DNA of 64,000 nt from Eubacteriales bacterium (lineage in GTDB: Bacteria > Bacillota > Clostridia > Oscillospirales > CAG-382). The notes under the pieces are model-generated. The model saw only the letters and a program-made list of their open reading frames with translations, was not told where the DNA came from and did not search any database. The stretch spans positions 2,971-66,970 of the forward strand of contig JAZQFS010000016.1 of assembly GCA_045539625.1 (NCBI GenBank), given 5' to 3'. The position numbers were made by a program, and so were the translations under genes. Every line of letters starts with the position of its first letter. The stretch's first letter is position 1. This document shows positions 53,230-62,367 of this stretch, piece by piece.

Positions 53230-56200
53230 ATGAAAAATAGATTCATATCAGCTTTTTTGGCATTTGTTATGATTTTTACAATCATTCCATTCAATGCTTT
53301 TGCTGCAGATGTTCAAGAGACAACTGCAGTTGTAAGTGTTAAAAATACAACCGCTGAGCCAGGCAACACTGTTACAGTTAATGTTGTGATTGAAAACAAT
53401 CCTGGAATACTCGGTATGACATTGAAATTGAATTTTGATGACAGCATAGCAACGCTAAAGTCCGTAAAAAACGGTGATGCATTAAGTGCTATGTCATTTA
53501 CCCCACCTACGGGTGATGCTCTGGTAAGTGGCTGTAATTTGGTTTGGGATGCGGAAGAAGTTAAGGCGGAAGATATAAAAGACGGTGTAATGGCAATGCT
53601 TACTTTTGAAATTGCGGAAGATGCAATTCCCGGTGCTTTTGTCGACATCGATTTTTCTTACAATAAAGGAGCTATTCGTGATTCCGATTTTTCAGCTATA
53701 GATGTATCAATTGTAAGCGGACGTATTAGTATATTAGATTATACCCCCGGCGATCTCAATGAAAGTGGCTATATAGATTCAACTGATGTTGTATTCTTGA
53801 GAAGATATATCGCGGGCGGTTATACTACTCCCGAGGGAAATCCGATAACTATTAATGAATTTGCAGCTGATGTTGATGATAATGATTATTTAGATTCTAC
53901 AGACATAGTTTCGATTCGTAGAAATATTGCTGGCGGTTACGGTGTTGAATTGCTTCCTCATACAGAAAAATGTAAGCACATTTCTTTGACTGCAATTCCT
54001 GCAAAAGAAGCAACGTGTACAGATGACGGTAATGTTGCATACTGGGCTTGTGACGATTGTTCTAAAGTGTTTAGCGATGCAGCGGCAACAACTGAAATCA
54101 CAATTGAAGACACCATACTCACTGTTGAACACCAAACAACATATACTCCTGAAAAAGAAGCAACTACCTATGCAGATGGTAATATAGAGTATTGGACTTG
54201 CTCTACATGCGGTAAGTTGTTTAGCGACAGCACATGCGAGAACGAAATTGAACTTAAAGACACAATAATTCAAAAGCTTACTGGTAATACATATACTGTA
54301 TATTTCAAGGATGCTCAAACAGGAAAAGCTACATTTGTAAGCCTTGATAATCAGGAAACATCGGTTTCTTCAATTACAAAAGACAAAAGCGAAAGATATG
54401 ATTTCCCTCAGTTTAAAAAATATGGGTTCTTCGCTTTGTGTCTTACTGACAGTAACGGCAACATAATTACTGGAATAGATGCCGGCACTACTGGTGATGT
54501 TGATGTTTATGTTCATTGGATGAGTAACAGAAACCAAACACGTCCCGTAAAAGAACTTGGAAAACCACAGATTATTGAGGATAAAGAAAACGGACAGATA
54601 TACTTCGTATACGAAATCGGTGAGATTGACAATGTGCCTATTGAAGTTTTGTTTAATGCCGGTGAAATAGACGAAGAAATGGTTCATGAAAAAACAAGCG
54701 TAAAGGTAAAAAACACTGCCACAGAAAATGTTACGGCAATAGCAGAAACAGTAGCGATGGCTACTACAAAATCCGCTTCGATGACATTGTCAGAAGATTG
54801 GATAAATAAGTATTCCCTTGACGAAGAGTGGGCAGCAACTCAAGATTCAGAAAAGGTTGCTAATCTCAAAAAATATATTGAAGATGGCGGTCAAATAAAT
54901 ATCAGTTCGCAATATGGCGGAGAAGATACACACACCGACACCTCTGGTTCAAGTACTACAGACACACACAAAGATACAACAGGAAAGGTAAATACCGAAA
55001 GTAGCGAAGACGGCGGCAATGAAGAAAGTCAACTTGCCGGAAAATTTGGGGCCTCATATTCTGTAGACGCATTAGGTGTTAAAGCGGGAATGGATTTTGA
55101 GATATCCGCATATCAGAAAGAGGGGTCTAATTGGAAGGAAGCTGAAAGCGAACAGAATTCTTCAGGAACAGAAGATTCCCATGAAACTACCAGGTATAAC
55201 GATATTTCAGATTCGTATTCTAACCATTGGAATACTGAAGAGGGTTATACTATGTCCAACAAAATCGGAACCGAAACCGATATTTCAACAGCGTTAAGAA
55301 CGGCTATTACGGAAAACTCCAAAAAGAGTTACAGCGACGAATACCAAAGAGGTTCCTTAACCACTGAATCACAGAATATTTCCCACAACGAGGGTCGCGA
55401 ATACTCTGCTGCAATTACTTTTAGTGAAGAAGAAGAGATTACCGACTCTACTACTGTTACATTAACTTTTAAAACTAAAGGTCATTACAGATTTATTAGA
55501 GCAGGAAAACTTGATGTTTACGCTGTTGTAGGTTATGACATTAAGAATAATACATATTCTGTATCTACGTTTAGTATGTTTGAAAAAGGAACAAAAGAAA
55601 TATGGGACTTTTCAGAAACGGGAACTTTTAAAGATGGAGAAATAGGCGTTTTACCGTTTGAGGTGCCTTATGAGGTAGAAGAATACATTCTTGGAGAAAC
55701 AGCGTATACCAACGGCCTTTATTTCAATATTGCAGAGGGTGCAGTAACAAGATATGATGGTACTGCCAAAAATGTATTGATACCTAATTATTATTCCAAA
55801 AACGGCAATATGACTTATGTAAGAACATTAGGCAATGATCCTCAAACCCTTAAGCCGCTGTTCGCAGGAAACGAAAACATAGAGGTTGTACGTCTCAGCA
55901 AATATATTACTTCTATTCCTGATGGTGCTTTTGAAGGATGTACAAATCTTAAAACAGTTATTGCTCCCGGTGTGACTTCGATAGGTGCTAATGCATTCAA
56001 GGGCTGTGAAAATCTCAACAAATTTATCGTTTCAACAAAAGTTACAACTCTCGGCGATAATGCTTTTGTTGATTGCCCTGAAGTAATAGTTAATGCAAGC
56101 AACTCGTCAGTCGCAAGAGCTGCAACTACTGCTGGGGCAAATAAGATAACCATAAATGTTGAAGATATGAGCGGCAAATTTACAGAAAAGGTGCTTGATG

Positions 56201-57828
56201 ACGACGAGAATGTTATCGCAGATTACACAAACGGCTATACAATCAACATTGGTGATATCGAATACTTTGCTTTCTACGGCGGAGGCAAAACATTTAACAA
56301 TGTTAAACTTGTGTCCAGTGCTGAAACGACATATATCGAAAAAGCAACATTCACAAGTGATAGTGGTATTTCATTGAATATTAATTCTGAAAACATTACT
56401 TTCAAAGGCGTTAATGTAAAAAATGACAATGTTGCAATGCTATCTCAGTTTGACGGAGCAAAGATATTAATTGCTGAAAATTCAACATTTGATACACTAA
56501 CAGATGATAAGTCAACAAAAGTAATTGTAAATAACATTGAACTTTCAAACAATGCTGGCGAAACAGCACAGTGGATAATTGACGGTACATTATATGTTTA
56601 CGGAAATACCGAATTTGCAGGCAAATATATAGCGGTTGCCAAAGCTATAACTACATTGTCTAAAACTGAGTTTGAAAACTATGTAACGGGTGTTTTCACC
56701 ATTACTTTCAACCCGGTCGGCGGATCTGTTTCCACAACCTCAAAATCCGTAACATATGGCAGTCCATATGGTACGCTTCCCGTACCTACAAGAACGGGAT
56801 ACACATTCACAAGATGGACGTTGTCTGATGATGATGCCACAATAAATGAAAGTAGTATTGTTTCTACACCGGCGGATCATACATTGATTGCACGGTGGAA
56901 GGCAAACGAATATACGGTAAAATTTAATACAAATGGTGGCGTTTGTTCTACACCCTCAAAAACAGTAACATATGGTTCGACTTATGGAGATTTGCCCACA
57001 CCGACAAGAGATTATTACGAGTTTCTTGGTTGGTATACGGCAAAGACCGGAGGTACAAAAATTACATCATCTACAAAGGTATCTATAACCGCAGAACAGA
57101 CACTCTATGCACAGTGGAAGCAAAAAGATGTTTCAACAAATTGGGTGCTCAAGTCGGAAATGCCGACTGGTGCTCAAGTGGTAAACACAAAGTACACCTA
57201 TGCCAAGACACATTATACCACTTCAAGCTCTTCCACAATGAGTGGTTGGACAAAGTATGATACCACATGGGCTTGGAGCAATTATGGCTCTTGGAGTGCT
57301 TGGCAGTATGGAGCTGTAACTGAAACAGACAGCAGAGATGTTGAAACACAGCAGGTTGTAGATGTTCCTGCACATACTGAATATAGATATGGGGCATATG
57401 TTGGCGATAACAACCGAGGGAACAGACCTTGTAGTTATTGTGCAACAGGTTACACTAATAGGACGCCTAATGAAGTCTGGACAGAATGGTCTGATTCAAA
57501 AATACCTACGCCAAGCGGATGGAATTATAAATGTTACCGTGCTTGCACGCATAAGGGCGGTCAGTATTTTTCCGAACCAGATTCTCCTGGTGGTCGTGGT
57601 CAAGGATACTATTGGCATGACTATGTAGTTGAGGGTTATAGCGATGTCTTCTTCTGGGAAGAAACTCGCCAAGTTGCAGCCACATATAAAACTCAGTACA
57701 GATACAGAGATAGAAGTAAGATATACACATATCACTTCTATAAAGTAGAAGACCTTGAATCAACTTCTTATCCAACAGGTGATAATATTTCTACTATCAA
57801 TGAATGGGTACAGTACCGAGAAAAATAA
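53230..57828 (+). CDS. 1533-aa secreted protein: N-terminal cohesin-like module, dockerin, CxxC pairs, large unknown central region, BspA-type LRR, Listeria-Bacteroides-type repeats, Trp/Tyr/Cys-rich C-terminus
   Basis: Signal peptide MKNRFISAFLAFVMIFTIIPFNAFA. NPGILGMTLKLNFDD. Dockerin segments DLNESGYIDSTDVVFLRRYIAGGY and DVDDNDYLDSTDIVSIRRNIAGGY. TGYTFTRWT and YEFLGWY repeats. RBS AAGGAGG. The ATG at 53230 overlaps the upstream stop. Confidence 0.75.
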   Translation: MKNRFISAFLAFVMIFTIIPFNAFAADVQETTAVVSVKNTTAEPGNTVTVNVVIENNPGILGMTLKLNFDDSIATLKSVKNGDALSAMSFTPPTGDALVSGCNLVWDAEEVKAEDIKDGVMAMLTFEIAEDAIPGAFVDIDFSYNKGAIRDSDFSAIDVSIVSGRISILDYTPGDLNESGYIDSTDVVFLRRYIAGGYTTPEGNPITINEFAADVDDNDYLDSTDIVSIRRNIAGGYGVELLPHTEKCKHISLTAIPAKEATCTDDGNVAYWACDDCSKVFSDAAATTEITIEDTILTVEHQTTYTPEKEATTYADGNIEYWTCSTCGKLFSDSTCENEIELKDTIIQKLTGNTYTVYFKDAQTGKATFVSLDNQETSVSSITKDKSERYDFPQFKKYGFFALCLTDSNGNIITGIDAGTTGDVDVYVHWMSNRNQTRPVKELGKPQIIEDKENGQIYFVYEIGEIDNVPIEVLFNAGEIDEEMVHEKTSVKVKNTATENVTAIAETVAMATTKSASMTLSEDWINKYSLDEEWAATQDSEKVANLKKYIEDGGQINISSQYGGEDTHTDTSGSSTTDTHKDTTGKVNTESSEDGGNEESQLAGKFGASYSVDALGVKAGMDFEISAYQKEGSNWKEAESEQNSSGTEDSHETTRYNDISDSYSNHWNTEEGYTMSNKIGTETDISTALRTAITENSKKSYSDEYQRGSLTTESQNISHNEGREYSAAITFSEEEEITDSTTVTLTFKTKGHYRFIRAGKLDVYAVVGYDIKNNTYSVSTFSMFEKGTKEIWDFSETGTFKDGEIGVLPFEVPYEVEEYILGETAYTNGLYFNIAEGAVTRYDGTAKNVLIPNYYSKNGNMTYVRTLGNDPQTLKPLFAGNENIEVVRLSKYITSIPDGAFEGCTNLKTVIAPGVTSIGANAFKGCENLNKFIVSTKVTTLGDNAFVDCPEVIVNASNSSVARAATTAGANKITINVEDMSGKFTEKVLDDDENVIADYTNGYTINIGDIEYFAFYGGGKTFNNVKLVSSAETTYIEKATFTSDSGISLNINSENITFKGVNVKNDNVAMLSQFDGAKILIAENSTFDTLTDDKSTKVIVNNIELSNNAGETAQWIIDGTLYVYGNTEFAGKYIAVAKAITTLSKTEFENYVTGVFTITFNPVGGSVSTTSKSVTYGSPYGTLPVPTRTGYTFTRWTLSDDDATINESSIVSTPADHTLIARWKANEYTVKFNTNGGVCSTPSKTVTYGSTYGDLPTPTRDYYEFLGWYTAKTGGTKITSSTKVSITAEQTLYAQWKQKDVSTNWVLKSEMPTGAQVVNTKYTYAKTHYTTSSSSTMSGWTKYDTTWAWSNYGSWSAWQYGAVTETDSRDVETQQVVDVPAHTEYRYGAYVGDNNRGNRPCSYCATGYTNRTPNEVWTEWSDSKIPTPSGWNYKCYRACTHKGGQYFSEPDSPGGRGQGYYWHDYVVEGYSDVFFWEETRQVAATYKTQYRYRDRSKIYTYHFYKVEDLESTSYPTGDNISTINEWVQYREK

Positions 57829-57837
57829 TCAACTATC

Positions 57838-57868
57838 AAGCGGTGGCTTTATGTCGCCGCTTAGTTTC
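57838..57868 (+). terminator. possible terminator (imperfect stem, weak T-tract)
   Basis: AAGCGGTGGC TTTAT GTCGCCGCTT AGTTTCT. Confidence 0.35.
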
Positions 57869-57899
57869 TAAACAATTCAGATAAAAAAGAGGTGCAAAA

Positions 57900-58436
57900 A
57901 TGTCAGAGTATGAGTTGCTCAGAAATGAAATTGTTGAATGTTATGATACCATAAAGCAATACAATTTGGCGGCATATGCTACTGTAGTGGCAATTTTTGC
58001 TTTTGCAACTGAACAGAGTGATAGTTTTTTATACTATTTAATTCCTTATGTTGCAATTATTCCGCTGTATATTGCGTGTGAAAGTAAAAATCATAATATT
58101 TGTAAAATTGCGGCGTATATGTATGTTTTTTTAGAAGGTGATAATAAATATAATTGGGAACGTAGACATCAAAAATATGATGAGCTATTTAGTCAAAAAA
58201 GAAATTGGAGATCAATTTCTTTATATTACTTCTTGTCAATATTATGTTCGATAATGTCAATTGTAAAAATCTATATGTTAAACTACAATTTACACATAAA
58301 ACTACTTTTTAGCATACTTGTATTTGTATTTACAATAGTTGTAATTGTTATTATGAAGGCAAATACTATCAATTATGTTGATTGCAGAAAAACAATGATA
58401 GAGAATTGGGAGAATATAAATAAATCAGTGGATTAA
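57900..58436 (+). CDS. 4-TM membrane protein, unknown function
   Basis: 178 aa. N-terminal soluble helix, two TM pairs separated by a basic loop (NWERRHQKYDELFSQKRNWR). Very AT-rich. Confidence 0.6.
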   Translation: MSEYELLRNEIVECYDTIKQYNLAAYATVVAIFAFATEQSDSFLYYLIPYVAIIPLYIACESKNHNICKIAAYMYVFLEGDNKYNWERRHQKYDELFSQKRNWRSISLYYFLSILCSIMSIVKIYMLNYNLHIKLLFSILVFVFTIVVIVIMKANTINYVDCRKTMIENWENINKSVD

Positions 58437-58514
58437 GTGCTAGATATGTGACATTGATAGAAAATTGTTGATTTCTTGAATAAAAGAAAAAGTTATAAAT
58501 TAATTGATAATATT

Positions 58515-58575
58515 GGACCGCCCTCTAAACAATTCTGCTTTAGAGGGCGGTCCTTCTTCTGTAAATGAAAATACA
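58515..58575 (+). repeat. hairpin-tail module C (terminator-like)
   Basis: GGACCGCCCTCTAAA...TTTAGAGGGCGGTCC, then TTCTTCTGTAAATG. The tail is shared with the modules at 60607 and 63342. Confidence 0.6.
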
Positions 58576-58700
58576 ACATTTTAAATATTATACACATCAA
58601 CACAAAAACTAAAAACAATCAATTGTCTTTAATTTGAGAAAGTGGATTGCATAATATTGCATATAGTTTTACAAGACGATATCAGGAGTAAATACTTGTA

Positions 58701-59855
58701 TTAGTTTTCTCGGTTTTCCTTTTTAAATTGTTTTTGCTTTAATACTATCGCTTCTAATTCTTTTTGATGCATATCTATTTCTTTTTCGTACTCTCGTTTC
58801 TCTTTGCTTACATCAAATATGTTTATGTATGCAACAACAATGGAAAGTATGGCTGTGATGAGTGGGAATATAGTTAAAATTGTAATTTCTTCGTAAAACT
58901 TTCCTTCCACTGCTATCGCAAATGTAATAGTAAGCGCAATTACAAGGAGGAATGAGGTCATCATTAAAACGCTATTCTTGGTTTTGTTCCTTTTTTCCTT
59001 GTGTTTAATTTTAAGTTCGGAAATTTGTTTTTTTAAGGTGTTTTCTTCCTCTTTTGCGGAGTGAAATTCAAGTATTGATTTAAACTTTTTTAATTTTTCT
59101 CGAATTGATTCATCGGAAAGTATGGTATAACAAACATTAAAAACTTGTTCACCGTAATTTGCACTCGTATTTTCTAGATCAGGTATTTGAGAAATAGAAA
59201 ATGCTTTTCGTATTTTCCAATCAAACATTATTGTCTCAATGTTTGTGAAAACAGTTCCACCAGAAACTTTTGAGTAAATCTCATATTCGTCTTTGCTTGC
59301 TTTATTAAAAACTTGATACACTTTTTTTTCGTTGATAATATCTCCAATTTTCAAATATAAACTTCTCATTGCAGCGGAACTTATAGCATCTGTTTCCATA
59401 ACGGTTAGATTAACATCACATAGTGGCAAAATAAGTTTTAATATATCCGTATACCCTGCCTGACAATCAAAAAGCACAACATCATATTTTTGAAAAATAT
59501 CATTATGTATTAGTGATTTGCCGTCATCTTTATGGGTATATGTTTTTGTGATTTCTTTTGTTATTTGCGTTATAGAAGGTATAAAATCACAATTAGAATT
59601 TATATTTACAAAACTTGTTTTTTTATTGTTATTATCACAAAAAAGTAAGTCATAAAATGACAGTATATTCTTCTTTTTATGTGACAATTTGTCTTCATAG
59701 AAATATGTTGCACCATTAGTGCTTAAATCGCAATCTACTAAAAGGGTCTTTATTCCACACCTAGATAAAAGAGAAGCCATGCTTAATGCTAATGTGGTTT
59801 TTCCACTACCACCTTTTCCGCTAATAAAAGAGATTGTTTTACACATGTTTTTCAC
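58701..59855 (-). CDS. ParA/MinD-superfamily P-loop ATPase fused to a coiled coil and two C-terminal TM helices
   Basis: Deviant Walker A SGKGGSGKTT, A' LLVDCDLS, Walker B VVLFDCQAG. KE-rich coiled coils flank VLMMTSFLLVIALTITFAIAV and ILTIFPLITAILSIVVAYINIF. Confidence 0.7.
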   Translation of the reverse strand: MKNMCKTISFISGKGGSGKTTLALSMASLLSRCGIKTLLVDCDLSTNGATYFYEDKLSHKKKNILSFYDLLFCDNNNKKTSFVNINSNCDFIPSITQITKEITKTYTHKDDGKSLIHNDIFQKYDVVLFDCQAGYTDILKLILPLCDVNLTVMETDAISSAAMRSLYLKIGDIINEKKVYQVFNKASKDEYEIYSKVSGGTVFTNIETIMFDWKIRKAFSISQIPDLENTSANYGEQVFNVCYTILSDESIREKLKKFKSILEFHSAKEEENTLKKQISELKIKHKEKRNKTKNSVLMMTSFLLVIALTITFAIAVEGKFYEEITILTIFPLITAILSIVVAYINIFDVSKEKREYEKEIDMHQKELEAIVLKQKQFKKENREN

Positions 59856-60376
59856 CTCGCATTAATACTTCCTAAATTTCCTGTATTCAAATTCTCATTG
59901 AATTTTTGCACTCTATCATCGTTATTTTCACTGGAGTTTTCAATATCTGAAATGTTATCTTCTTTGCTTACACACAATATAAAACAATCTAGTAACATAT
60001 AGGCCATAACGCATATAGAGATTATAAACATAGTTGTATGCAAATTTTCGTTATATTCTGCAGTAAACAGAATAATTGCGGATATAACCAAAATGGAACC
60101 TATTGCAAAACAAAACAATGAGAGCAGAATTCTAGTAACTAACTCGTTTTTTCCGTGTATCCTTGGAGTAAATTCCATTAGCAGAGCAAGTGAAAATATA
60201 AAATATGCACTTCCTACGCCAACATTTAAATCCTTTACAACATATATACCACCAATCCAACATATAATCCAAACTAACAACTTAATAATATATTCCATTT
60301 TTCCACTATACAAGTGCATTTCAGAAAAAATACTTATTATTTTGTTCACATAATCCACCATCCTATCATCTTCCAA
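59852..60376 (-). CDS. 4-TM membrane protein with an acidic C-terminal tail, translationally coupled to the ParA-like gene
   Basis: 4-nt overlap (ATGA-type) with the downstream gene. Four hydrophobic helices. The start could be the ATG at 60361. Confidence 0.55.
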   Translation of the reverse strand: MEDDRMVDYVNKIISIFSEMHLYSGKMEYIIKLLVWIICWIGGIYVVKDLNVGVGSAYFIFSLALLMEFTPRIHGKNELVTRILLSLFCFAIGSILVISAIILFTAEYNENLHTTMFIISICVMAYMLLDCFILCVSKEDNISDIENSSENNDDRVQKFNENLNTGNLGSINAR

Positions 60377-60606
60377 AATTCAACATTTTATTACATATTA
60401 TACCATAATATATTCGTTTTTTCAATGTAAATTTTGAAAACATAGCTTTAGTTTAGATATTTTGTCGAGCATATAAATGCACAATAATTTGATTTTAAGC
60501 TATAATTTGTACTATGAACAAAATAAAGCATTAGATATGCTTTAAATTGTTATATTTACATTTCAAAATGGCTAGAGTGGATATTTGATTGCGAGTAATT
60601 AAACAG

Positions 60607-60685
60607 GAACTACCACCCAAGCCAATCACATCTTGGGTGGTAGTTCTTCTGTAACTGTAAAGATATTTCTGTCAATATACAGAGA
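60607..60685. repeat. hairpin-tail module A (about 80% identical to 63342-63418)
   Basis: ACTACCACCCAAG...CTTGGGTGGTAGT, then TCTTCTGTAACTGTAAAGATATTTCTGTCAATATACAGAG. Confidence 0.7.
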
Positions 60686-60773
60686 TAGATATTTGTATTG
60701 TGTTTATCTGCTGCAAAAAATGTTTTTTTATTGAATTAGAACTTTTACATTATTTAATGTTATAGCACTAATT

Positions 60774-61865
60774 TCAACCATCGGTTTTTACTGAATACTC
60801 TTTTAAAAATAGATTTGGTAAGAAAATATCCCTTCTCAAATCGTAATCTTTGATAGCGTTTTTAAGGCTTAACTTGGGATTGGTGGTAACCGGATCTTGA
60901 AGTAATTTTGCGGGTTCCTGTAAAATTTTTATCGTATCATCGTCCAGTTGTTTGGATAGATAATAATCCTCTGTATATAAAAAAATAATACGATTAATTA
61001 TTTCAAGTCGTTGTTCCTGTGAAAGGCTAGCTATATGGTCTTCAAATTGTCTATATCTTGTGCTTTTTGAATCAACAAACAGAATTATTGCCGTAGCATT
61101 TTTCAGAGGAAAAACAGCAATATGTATATACTCAATTTTATAGTTGTGTTTGTGGTTAAAAATATTATTGATTTCTTCTCCATCAATACCAGTTATTAGT
61201 GGAATCATACCTTGAAATGCTATAGGACACGTGTGATTTAATTTATCATAAGAAACTACTCTGATCCAACTTTCAGAAGTTGTCAAAAAAGATTTCGAAA
61301 CATTATAGATTTCATAGCATTCTTGAATATCTCGTTTTCTTGCTTCAATTTGAGCATCAAGAATCTTATTTACAAACAACGATAATATCGGATTCTTTTC
61401 TTTTATGAGACCTTTACAATCTTCAAAAAGCTCTGTTTCGGTTTCATGCTTATAGATATCTCTTAAAGCATTTTTTAGTGCTATTTGGTTTAGTGCTATT
61501 TCTGTAGGATATTTTTCGTATGCCTCTACTTTTTCATAATTTTGAAACACACGGCCATCGCAGGATTTACAAATAATGTGAAAAATTCCCGCATTGCCTA
61601 TTCCGGAATCGTTACTAAGTAATTTTGAATCAATTAATGTATTAAACGAATTCAATTTTCCGTTCCATGCAATATTTTCAAGGCAAAACCGGGGAATCGT
61701 GTGTGAATCACAAAACCCACCCTCTTTGCCGCACAGCAGACATTTTTTATGTCGGGACTTTTTTCTTGCGTCTTTAATTTGTGTGTTTAACTTTCTCTTT
61801 ATCTCAATTATTTCTTCAGTAGTTAAACCATCGGTGCCCATATCAATTCTTTTAATAAATATCAC
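60774..61865 (-). CDS. hypothetical Cys-rich protein; possible degenerate HNH/Zn-ribbon nuclease
   Basis: CLLCGKEGGFCDSHTIPRFCL ... HIICKSCDGRVF (CxxC...H...CxxC). The rest has no recognisable family. The start codon is uncertain (GTG 61865 or ATG 61841). Confidence 0.5.
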   Translation of the reverse strand: MIFIKRIDMGTDGLTTEEIIEIKRKLNTQIKDARKKSRHKKCLLCGKEGGFCDSHTIPRFCLENIAWNGKLNSFNTLIDSKLLSNDSGIGNAGIFHIICKSCDGRVFQNYEKVEAYEKYPTEIALNQIALKNALRDIYKHETETELFEDCKGLIKEKNPILSLFVNKILDAQIEARKRDIQECYEIYNVSKSFLTTSESWIRVVSYDKLNHTCPIAFQGMIPLITGIDGEEINNIFNHKHNYKIEYIHIAVFPLKNATAIILFVDSKSTRYRQFEDHIASLSQEQRLEIINRIIFLYTEDYYLSKQLDDDTIKILQEPAKLLQDPVTTNPKLSLKNAIKDYDLRRDIFLPNLFLKEYSVKTDG

Positions 61866-62018
61866 CCCTATAAAACAAAATTTCTTCGATTTTACTTATC
61901 CAATGGACTATCCACAAATTTCTTGCTTACACTAACATTTTATCACAATTAAAATAATCGCATCGCATTATACATTGTGTTTACCCAGTTCTGCTATTTT
62001 TCCCAAATCCAGTCACAT

Positions 62019-62354
62019 TCAGACGATTGAACAAATTGCATTTTCTCCCAAAAAGGAATAGAGTGTCTTAGTGGTTGCACAATAATTTGTTGGACATCTT
62101 GACAATTCTTCAAATATGATATTATACGTTTGCCTACTCCTGCTTTTTTTCTTTAAAGTTTCAAATGCAATAATAACAAGAGTTTTGCTACTATTGTCGA
62201 AATAATAATCTATAAAGGCAACTACTTTCCCTTTTTCGAAAACACTTATTACTTCGCTATTGAGTAAGTAAGATTCGAAAGAATTGAATAAACACAGTTT
62301 ATTGGAGCCTTCATCTCCAATAGTATAGTTGTTGAATGTCATATATTCACCCAT
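62019..62354 (-). CDS. small hypothetical protein (possibly a truncated GNAT-like fold)
   Basis: 111-aa ORF 13 nt downstream of the 62368 gene. There is only weak resemblance to the beta4-alpha3 region of acetyltransferases. Confidence 0.35.
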   Translation of the reverse strand: MGEYMTFNNYTIGDEGSNKLCLFNSFESYLLNSEVISVFEKGKVVAFIDYYFDNSSKTLVIIAFETLKKKSRSRQTYNIIFEELSRCPTNYCATTKTLYSFLGENAICSIV

Positions 62355-62367
62355 TTTTTCAAGCGAT

